60,353 nucleotides of DNA, taken from an uncultured Planctomycetales bacterium. Its GTDB lineage: Bacteria > Omnitrophota > Gorgyraeia > Zapsychrales > JANLHA01. The stretch spans positions 1-60,353 of the forward strand of contig CAYYRJ010000015.1 of the NCBI GenBank assembly GCA_964474085.1, given 5' to 3'. The translations under genes were made by a program, and so were the position numbers. Each line of letters opens with the position of its first letter. The first letter of the stretch is position 1. Positions 53,887-60,353 of this stretch are shown here, piece after piece. Under the pieces are notes generated by a model. It saw nothing but the letters and a program-made list of their open reading frames with translations, had not been told where the DNA came from and ran no database searches.

Positions 53887-54936
53887 TTACTTTGATATTT
53901 TTTCTTCCAGCTGTGCAATCCGTTTTTTCAAATCCAAAATAATTTCGACATAATGCGGCAAGCGCTGGACCATGGCATTAATTTTTTTAGCGTGTTCAAT
54001 GGGCTTGGCCGGAAAACCCCAATACACACTATCCGGCGGAATCGAATTGGGGACCCCTGATTTGGCCGCGACAATCGAATTTTTGCCGATCGTAATATGC
54101 CCGACTAATCCCGCTTGACCAGCCAAAGTCACATTGTCCTCTAACACCGTCGAGCCAGAAATCCCCGCCTGCGAAACAATCATACAGTTTTGACCCGTGC
54201 GGACATTGTGCGCAATCTGGACAAGGTTATCAATTTTGGTCCCGCGGCCAATGACCGTCCTGTCAAAACGCGCGCGATCAATGGCGACATTCGCGCCAAT
54301 CTCAACATCATCTTGGACCTCGACAATGCCCATCTGCGGAATTTTGACATTGACCCCTTTGACATTGGCAAAACCAAACCCGTCGCTGCCGATCACCGTC
54401 CCGCTGTGAACGATCACACGATTTCCTAAAAGAATCCGTTCCCTAATTGTGACATTCGGATAAATCAAGCAATCTTCGCCGATCTTTGTTTCGTACCCGA
54501 TAAACGCCAATGCGCAAATGACACTGTTGTCACCGACAACGACATTGTCTTCAATGACGACATACGGCCCTAAAGCAACATTTTTACCCAACGAAACATT
54601 TTTTCCGACAATCGCCGTCGGATGAATGCCCTCAAACGAAGGGGTGTCGCTTTTAAGAAAAATTTCTGCAATTTTTGAAAACGCCAGCGACGGATTCTCA
54701 ACGACTATCGCACAGAGCTTAAGCGCGTCGACGCCAGGGGCAACCAAAACCGCCGAAGCCTGTGTTTTTTCTAAAAGCGGCGCATACTTAGGGTTGGCCA
54801 AAAAAGTCAAGTCGCCAGCTTTGGCTTCCTTGATTCCGGATAAACCCGTAATCGCAAGCGAAGCGTCGCCGACGACACTGCCGCCAACCAAATCTGCAAT
54901 TTCTGATAAAGTTTTTTTCATTTTAGACATCATCAA
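53887..54936 (-). CDS. lpxD: UDP-3-O-(3-hydroxyacyl)glucosamine N-acyltransferase
   Basis: N-terminal uridine-binding domain (L.EIA...GG...GD), a long hexapeptide-repeat beta-helix and a C-terminal helix. 349 aa. Confidence 0.9.
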   Translation of the reverse strand: MMMSKMKKTLSEIADLVGGSVVGDASLAITGLSGIKEAKAGDLTFLANPKYAPLLEKTQASAVLVAPGVDALKLCAIVVENPSLAFSKIAEIFLKSDTPSFEGIHPTAIVGKNVSLGKNVALGPYVVIEDNVVVGDNSVICALAFIGYETKIGEDCLIYPNVTIRERILLGNRVIVHSGTVIGSDGFGFANVKGVNVKIPQMGIVEVQDDVEIGANVAIDRARFDRTVIGRGTKIDNLVQIAHNVRTGQNCMIVSQAGISGSTVLEDNVTLAGQAGLVGHITIGKNSIVAAKSGVPNSIPPDSVYWGFPAKPIEHAKKINAMVQRLPHYVEIILDLKKRIAQLEEKISK

Positions 54937-54947
54937 ACTTACTGTAA

Positions 54948-55057
54948 GGATTAGAAAATGTTCTTCGTCTCAAAGGAACGGTCCCCGGTAGATGTTCCGC
55001 CTGATGGCGGAAGAAAATCGGGGCTGCGTTCAATTCGCCGTCGAACATTTTCTAACC
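54948..55057 (-). repeat. E-family structured palindromic element, long form (E5, core on the minus strand)
   Basis: Reverse complement reads GGTTAGAAAATGTTC-GACGGCGAATTGAACGCAGCCCCGATTTTCTTCCGCCATCAGGCGGAACATCTACCGGGGACCGTTCCTTTGAGAC-GAA-GAACATTTTCTAATCC. Confidence 0.8.
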
Positions 55058-55073
55058 CTTTTATCATAACAAA

Positions 55074-55126
55074 CATATTGGGAAGGCTTTACCGGCTTTT
55101 GCATAAACGGCAACCTTCCCAATATG
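55074..55126 (-). terminator. Candidate terminator hairpin after skp (13-bp perfect stem CATATTGGGAAGG/CCTTCCCAATATG)
   Basis: On the minus strand the hairpin is followed by TTTGTTATG. The 27-nt loop is atypical for a canonical intrinsic terminator. Confidence 0.35.
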
Positions 55127-55146
55127 TCAAAACAATCTTTTAGAAC

Positions 55147-55686
55147 TTATTTCTTTTTGCCCGCATTAAAATTTGCATTGAGAATTTCTAAGACCTGATT
55201 GGAAACATCCATTCCCTCGGTGCCATAAACCAACACGCGATCATTGAGAATAATGTCGTACTTTTCTTTTTTCGCAAAATCGCTCGTCGTCTTTTCAATC
55301 TCAAGCAAAATTTCACGGATCTTGTCATCGCGTTGTTTCTTAAGGTCCGTCTGCTGGGCTTGGTCGAAGTTGGCCAAATCATTGCGCATCGTATCCAAGT
55401 CTTTGGTCACTTTTTCTTTTTCGTCATCTTTCAAAAGCGCCATTTTATTTTGCAATTCTTTAATTTTGTCGATCTTTTCATTGCGCGTTTTTTCGTAATC
55501 CTTGGTTTTGCCCTCGAGAACAGCGTCGTATTCTTTTGTTCTTTGATAATTGTCAAACACCTTGCTCAAATCCATAACTCCGATTTTTTTAACCCCGGCT
55601 GATGGAGCAGCACTTTCTGCCTGCGCACCAACGCACAATGTTACAGCTAAAACTGCGGTTAAAAGACCTACTTGTAAATTTTTCAC
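55147..55686 (-). CDS. skp: OmpH/Skp-family periplasmic chaperone
   Basis: Signal peptide and Lys/Glu-rich coiled arms. Lies between bamA and lpxD, as in the canonical cluster. Confidence 0.85.
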   Translation of the reverse strand: MKNLQVGLLTAVLAVTLCVGAQAESAAPSAGVKKIGVMDLSKVFDNYQRTKEYDAVLEGKTKDYEKTRNEKIDKIKELQNKMALLKDDEKEKVTKDLDTMRNDLANFDQAQQTDLKKQRDDKIREILLEIEKTTSDFAKKEKYDIILNDRVLVYGTEGMDVSNQVLEILNANFNAGKKK

Positions 55687-55747
55687 AGCGCTCCTCCTAT
55701 GATTGATTGGTGATAAATAAAAATTCTAACTTAATTTCAAAAGATGT

Positions 55748-55820
55748 CATACCGTAGCTTTTGCAAAGCTACGGTATGCTCCTTCGAAGATAGAAGCAAA
55801 ATAAAAAACGCTTCGAAGGA
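55748..55820. repeat. Two adjacent hairpins between bamA and skp (CATACCGTAGCTTT-TGC-AAAGCTACGGTATG; TCCTTCGAAG-N21-CTTCGAAGGA)
   Basis: 14-bp and 10-bp perfect stems read directly from the sequence. The second abuts the bamA stop. Confidence 0.7.
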
Positions 55821-58379
55821 TCAGAACCCTCGACTAACACTAAAATAAAACTTGCCGGTTTTCTTGTCTGAGCCCGGAACGGTGTCAAACGGTATTCCGT
55901 AATCCAAATTAACTGGCCCAATCGGTGTCTTGACACGCAACCCAAACCCCGCGCCGCTCTTAAACCCGCCGGAACCAAAATCCGACATCTTGCTCCAGAC
56001 ATTTCCGCTATCCAAAAAAGTCGCTAGTTTGACAAAATTGATAACCGGAATCGTGTACTCGATATTTCCAATCAACATGCTTTCCCCGCCGATCGGATCA
56101 TTGGTCACACGGTCAACCGGACCAACTGCCCGTTCATCATACCCACGGATCGTCCGCTCGCCGCCGGCATAAAAACGTTCAAAAATCGGCACCTTGCTCG
56201 AGTCGCCATACGCATCCTGAATCCCGGCACGGACACGAAATTCAAGCGTCGAATCAAATTTGAAGGGAATATTATAACTGTCGCGCGTTGACAAGCGCCA
56301 AAAATCTTTCGTCCCGCCTAAAACACCACCGGCAAAATCCACCCCGCCGCTTAAGTACAGCCCCTTCGTCGGAGAAATGCTGCTATCGCGCCAATCGGTA
56401 GCCCAATTAAAGCCCAAAAGGCTTAACGTATTGCTGCCTTCTTCTTCTTTGAGGTCAGCCGAAACATCCTCGTCAAAATCATCAATTTCAACATTTTCGC
56501 GGCGATACGTCACGCCCCCTGAAGCATATTCTCCAAAACGCCGTCCCAAACGGACATTGCCGCCCATGCGTTTTTCATTATAGCCGTAACCGACATTTTG
56601 CTCTTTGTCGTGTTCGGTGATGTAAAGATCAAACCCGGCCGATATCGGATAATCAAAAAGCCACGGCTCGGTAAAACTCAAACGGGTGTTTCGTCGTGTC
56701 GAACCAGCCTCCAGGCGCACCGCCAAATTTTGTCCGCCGCCGGTAAAATTCGGCCAATTGGCAAAATCAAAATTCTTCTGTTCGATTTCCGCAAAACCCA
56801 CCAGCTGATCAACCGTGCTGTAACCGGCGCCAAACGAAAACGAACCGGTCTTGGCTTCCTTGACTAGAAGCACCAAATTCTTTTTATTCGGCGTATCGGT
56901 GTCTTCGATGTCGTAATTGATGTCTTCAAAATATCCGAGATTGCGCAGGCGCTCCTTGCTGCGGCGCAACTTGCCGCCGTCAAAACGATCGCCCGGAAAA
57001 AGACGCACTTCCCGACGGATCACGATATCGCGCGTGCGGTCATTGCCCTGGATTTTGATTTGATTAATATACGCCAGTTCACCTTCGGTAATGTCGAGGC
57101 GCACATCAACTTTACCGGTCTTGGCATTAAGCGAAGTGCTTTCATGCACGTTGACAAAAATATAGCCTTCATCAAAATACAAAGAACGGATATTGGAAAT
57201 ATCCACGCTTAACTTCTCACGGCTAAAAATTCCCTTTTCTTTGATCTGATTGATCACTCCAAAAATCTTTTCGGTCGGGATAATCAAATTTCCGACGAGC
57301 GTAATCTGCTCGACATAATAGCGCTGGCCTTCATGAACGTGAAACCGTACCAAACGGCGCGAATCATCCAGCTGATCCAAATCATAAGTGACTGTTGCAT
57401 CAATAAATCCTTCTTTTTCGTAAAAAGATTTCAGCCGCTCGGTATCTTCGTCGACAACATCCGTTTTCAAAAATCCCGAATTAAACAGCCACGCATAACG
57501 GCTCTTGATAACTTTAAGCAATCGTTTGCGCGAAAACGTTGAATTGCCGTCGAAAAGAATATTTTTGATCTTGACCTGAAAGCCTTCTTTAATAATGAAA
57601 TGGACATTGACCTTGTTATTGATCTCATCCTGCTTGGTCTCAACTGTGACCTTCGCCTGCGACAAACCTTTTTTTTCGTAAAGCTCTTCGATGGTGCGGA
57701 TATCTTCGTTGAGCGTTTTATTGTCCAAGAATTTGCCCTTGACCGTTTTGATCTTGCTTAAAATCGCCCCCGGGCTTAAAAACTTTAATTTTGTAAATGT
57801 GATCTGATCAACAATCGCTTTTTCAACGACGATAAAAATGACCTTATACCCGCCGTCAAATTCCTGACGGTCAACGCTGACATCCGAAAAATAACCGGTA
57901 TTATACAAACGTTTGATATCCTCGCTGATCATCGCCTGGTTATAATCCTGCGCAACGCGGGTTTTGATTTTTGACAAAATCGTGGCCAGACCAATACTCT
58001 TATTGCCTTGGACTTCAAGGGTTTTGACTTCTCTTTTAATGATCACCGGTTCTGATAGAGCAGCAGACGGCTGGGCTACTTTTTGATCGACCGGCAAATC
58101 GGCAGAAGACGTTACATTGTTTTTGGGACTTTCCTGGGAAGATTCTGAAGGAATTTCTTGATTTGCGATAACCGGTTTATTTTCGGCAACCGTCCCCGAA
58201 GCGACAGAATCGGGGGTAACAAAAATTGCCGCTTGAGAAGCTTGCTGATTTGTGACTTGCGCCGGCGTGGTCGCCGTCTTGTCGGAATCCAAATTCTCAT
58301 AAGCCGACTGCGCCAAACTTTTCTCAACAGCAATAAAAGTACTTAAAAATAAAATAGATACAACAATGGCTTTTTGCAT
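55821..58379 (-). CDS. bamA: Outer membrane protein assembly factor BamA
   Basis: Signal peptide, a low-complexity linker, POTRA repeats, and a C-terminal Omp85 barrel ending ..FYFSVSRGF. I prefer the ATG at 58379 (MQKAIVVSILFL..); the track ORF uses an upstream TTG at 58415. Confidence 0.9.
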   Translation of the reverse strand: MQKAIVVSILFLSTFIAVEKSLAQSAYENLDSDKTATTPAQVTNQQASQAAIFVTPDSVASGTVAENKPVIANQEIPSESSQESPKNNVTSSADLPVDQKVAQPSAALSEPVIIKREVKTLEVQGNKSIGLATILSKIKTRVAQDYNQAMISEDIKRLYNTGYFSDVSVDRQEFDGGYKVIFIVVEKAIVDQITFTKLKFLSPGAILSKIKTVKGKFLDNKTLNEDIRTIEELYEKKGLSQAKVTVETKQDEINNKVNVHFIIKEGFQVKIKNILFDGNSTFSRKRLLKVIKSRYAWLFNSGFLKTDVVDEDTERLKSFYEKEGFIDATVTYDLDQLDDSRRLVRFHVHEGQRYYVEQITLVGNLIIPTEKIFGVINQIKEKGIFSREKLSVDISNIRSLYFDEGYIFVNVHESTSLNAKTGKVDVRLDITEGELAYINQIKIQGNDRTRDIVIRREVRLFPGDRFDGGKLRRSKERLRNLGYFEDINYDIEDTDTPNKKNLVLLVKEAKTGSFSFGAGYSTVDQLVGFAEIEQKNFDFANWPNFTGGGQNLAVRLEAGSTRRNTRLSFTEPWLFDYPISAGFDLYITEHDKEQNVGYGYNEKRMGGNVRLGRRFGEYASGGVTYRRENVEIDDFDEDVSADLKEEEGSNTLSLLGFNWATDWRDSSISPTKGLYLSGGVDFAGGVLGGTKDFWRLSTRDSYNIPFKFDSTLEFRVRAGIQDAYGDSSKVPIFERFYAGGERTIRGYDERAVGPVDRVTNDPIGGESMLIGNIEYTIPVINFVKLATFLDSGNVWSKMSDFGSGGFKSGAGFGLRVKTPIGPVNLDYGIPFDTVPGSDKKTGKFYFSVSRGF

Positions 58380-58411
58380 GAGGTTGATTATAGGTTGACC
58401 GCCTGGGGCTG

Positions 58412-59743
58412 TCAACTTTGATGTGCAAGATTTTCAAAGCGCATGTACTCTTTAATAAAGGCGAGCTTAACCGTCCCGACCGGACCGTTGCGCTGTTTGG
58501 CAATATTGATTTCGGCGACCCCGCGATTTTCTTCGGTTGGGTTGTAATACTCTTCGCGCATCATAAGGACGACAACATCAGCGTCCTGTTCGATTGCCCC
58601 GGATTCGCGCAAATCGGATAATTGCGGTCGATGATCCTGACGGCTTTCGACCGCGCGCGAGAGCTGGCTTAAAGCAATAATCGGAATAGAGAGCTCGCGG
58701 GCCAGCGCTTTGATCGAGCGCGAAATTTCTGAAATTTCCTGCTGACGATTATCTGTCTTGGTGTTCCCGCGCATTAACTGCAAATAGTCGAGCACGATCA
58801 ACTGTATATCATGATGCGATTTTAAACGCCGCGCCTTCGCCCGCAGTTCAAGGGCCGAAATTGCCGGAGTGTCATCAATAAAAATCGACGAGCCCGACAA
58901 GCGTCCGGCGGCGGAAGTTAATTTGGGCCAGTCGGACGGCGCCAAATAACCGCTGCGCACTTTGTGCGCGTCAACGCGCGCCTGCGAACAGAGCATACGC
59001 TGAACCAATTGCTCTTTAGACATTTCAAGACTAAAAAACGCGACCGGCTTTTTAAGTTGTATGCCGATATGCTCTAAGATCGACGCGGCCAAAGCGCTTT
59101 TTCCCATCGAAGGGCGTCCGGCGACAATGACCAGATCCGAGGGCTGTAACCCAGACGTCATCCGGTCAAATTCACTAAAGCCGGTTTCCAGGCCCGTAAC
59201 GTGTTCTTTGCGCTGATAAAGCGTGTCGATGCGTTCAATGGTTGTCTTGACTAATTCCTTGATATGAACGGAGTTCTGGCTGTGCTTAAGGTCCGAAATT
59301 TCAAAAATCAGCTTTTCGGCGCTGTCAACCACCTCGGAGACATCGCTTTTGGCCTCATAGGCTTCATGGACGATTTTGGTTGCATTGGTAATCAGCAAAC
59401 GCAAAATCCCTTTTTCCTTGACGATATTTGCGTAATGCTCGACGTTGGCGGCGGTGGGGACTAAATCAATTAACCGCGAAAGATATGTCTGCCCGCCTAC
59501 GGCTTCAAGCTGTCCGTCCTGCTTGAGCTTTTCGGACAGCGTGATCAAATCGACATTTTTGCGATTATTATAAAGGTCCAGAATTGCCGAAAAAATCCTT
59601 CGGTGGCTTTCCTGATAGAACCACGCGGCGTTGAGAATTTCCAGAGCAAAGCCGATGGCCTCCTCGTCGATGAGCATGGCGCCTAAGACGGATTTCTCCG
59701 CCTCAAGGTTCTGGGGCGGAAGTTTTATTTCTTCGCCACCCAT
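58412..59743 (-). CDS. dnaB: Replicative DNA helicase DnaB
   Basis: PQNLEAE..VLG N-domain, Walker A GRPSMGKSA, and LSQLSR/RESG motifs. 443 aa. Confidence 0.93.
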   Translation of the reverse strand: MGGEEIKLPPQNLEAEKSVLGAMLIDEEAIGFALEILNAAWFYQESHRRIFSAILDLYNNRKNVDLITLSEKLKQDGQLEAVGGQTYLSRLIDLVPTAANVEHYANIVKEKGILRLLITNATKIVHEAYEAKSDVSEVVDSAEKLIFEISDLKHSQNSVHIKELVKTTIERIDTLYQRKEHVTGLETGFSEFDRMTSGLQPSDLVIVAGRPSMGKSALAASILEHIGIQLKKPVAFFSLEMSKEQLVQRMLCSQARVDAHKVRSGYLAPSDWPKLTSAAGRLSGSSIFIDDTPAISALELRAKARRLKSHHDIQLIVLDYLQLMRGNTKTDNRQQEISEISRSIKALARELSIPIIALSQLSRAVESRQDHRPQLSDLRESGAIEQDADVVVLMMREEYYNPTEENRGVAEINIAKQRNGPVGTVKLAFIKEYMRFENLAHQS

Positions 59744-60168
59744 ACCCGGACTTTGGCAGTAACTTCTGGATGGACCTTGACACCAACTTCAAAAATCCCG
59801 AGCTCTTCAATCGGTTTTTCTAACTCAATGGTCTTGCGGTCAATCTTTAAACCTTCAAGCTCAAGTGCTTTAGCAATATCCGCCTCCGAAACCGAGCCGT
59901 AAAGTTTGTCCAGATCATTAACCTCGACGGTAACGGTGCAGGAAACTTTTGAAATTTTTTCTGCCAATTCTTCGGCAACTTTTTTGGCTGCGGCATACTC
60001 TTTGAGGCGCACGGCTTTTTCATGCTCAATGCGGCGCTTGTTTTCGGGTGTGGCTAAAGCGGCTAATTTGCGCGGCAACAAAAAGTTGCGGGCAAAACCG
60101 TCTTTGACTTTAACGACGTCCCCGATTTTTCCAACTTTGGGAACTTGCTGACAAAGGATAACTTCCAT
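59725..60168 (-). CDS. rplI: 50S ribosomal protein L9
   Basis: MEVIL...V..(L)GK.GDVV.VK.G(Y/F)ARN(F/Y)L.P N-terminus. 147 aa. Confidence 0.93.
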   Translation of the reverse strand: MEVILCQQVPKVGKIGDVVKVKDGFARNFLLPRKLAALATPENKRRIEHEKAVRLKEYAAAKKVAEELAEKISKVSCTVTVEVNDLDKLYGSVSEADIAKALELEGLKIDRKTIELEKPIEELGIFEVGVKVHPEVTAKVRVWVAKK

Positions 60169-60193
60169 AAGATAAAACCTCCAGAATAAAACG

Positions 60194-60271
60194 TTAGTGA
60201 TTAGTGGCTAGGGATTAGGGGTTAGCATTGTATATGTATTTACCAACCACTAGCCACCAGCCCCTAACCAC
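60194..60271. repeat. Inverted arrays of a heptanucleotide repeat (TTAGTGA TTAGTGG CTAGGGA TTAGGGG TTAGC ... CCAACCA CTAGCCA CCAGCCC CTAACCA)
   Basis: 7-nt periodicity read by eye on both arms. The arms are imperfectly complementary (about 70%) and form a long hairpin between rpsR and rplI. Confidence 0.65.
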
Positions 60272-60276
60272 AAAAA

Positions 60277-60353
60277 TTAGTGCTTCTTCGAACTGCCAAC
60301 CGACAAAAGCCCCAAGTAACGGGCATACTTAATCGCAATCGACATCGCGCGCT
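60277..60353 (-). CDS. rpsR: 30S ribosomal protein S18, C-terminal fragment (truncated by the window edge)
   Basis: Minus-strand frame reads ..RAMSIAIKYARYLGLLSVGSSKKH*, matching the conserved S18 C-terminus (..AIKRAR.L.LLPY). Confidence 0.75.
   Translation of the reverse strand, partial: RAMSIAIKYARYLGLLSVGSSKKH

Noticed and set aside
54948-55057. Hammerhead or other small self-cleaving ribozyme in E elements (CTGATGG...GAAAA seen in E5)
   Set aside because: The CTGATGG is simply the apical tetraloop hairpin of that copy and is not conserved in E3 or E4 (GTAA, GTTA loops). There is no conserved CUGAUGA/GAAA core, and I could see no twister- or pistol-like signature.
55821-58415. Upstream TTG start for bamA, overlapping the dnaB stop
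   Set aside because: The extension MTAPGGQPIINL precedes a canonical signal peptide that starts at the ATG at 58379. I preferred the ATG start, although translational coupling via the TTG cannot be excluded.

Overview
This is a roughly 60 kb chromosomal segment from a diderm (LPS-type) bacterium, probably an uncultivated lineage; I cannot place it taxonomically from sequence alone. About 60 genes are densely packed, mostly on the minus strand. The plus strand carries tRNA-Leu(CAG), a decayed toxin-antitoxin locus, a pyruvate dehydrogenase operon (aceE, inserted membrane gene, aceF, lpd), an orphan pilin-like gene and comF-lptF-lptG. The minus strand carries several blocks. One is an SPFH/Arc/microprotein/Zn-ribbon operon. 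Another is a Znu-like metal uptake operon with a porin but no ATPase. Then come M48 protease, DUF192, maf, ssb, pyrE, alr, tsaB, dinD, tsaE, thiL and mtnA. A long block has Firmicutes-like gene order: mcsA-mcsB-clpC-radA-yacL-ispD-ispF-cysE-cysS-tmk-holB-yaaT-metG. After it come ilvE, lolD-lolC/E and lysS. An accessory islet follows (Fic, a PEP-CTERM glycosidase-like protein, a membrane protein, a DUF1016N-SNase nuclease). The last block is an outer-membrane/LPS cluster: rpsR-rplI-dnaB-bamA-skp-lpxD-lpxC/fabZ-lpxA-lpxI. I saw no rRNA, CRISPR array, transposase or integrase. The most unusual content is non-coding. Nearly every longer intergenic gap holds a long imperfect palindrome from a few recurring families. 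The most interesting family (here called E, 5-6 copies) has a conserved multi-stem core with compensatory changes, enclosed by copy-specific outer stems. Two conserved genes (lolD and comF) carry in-frame palindromic insertions. All functional calls come from reading the supplied ORF translations for family-diagnostic motifs; no database search was possible.
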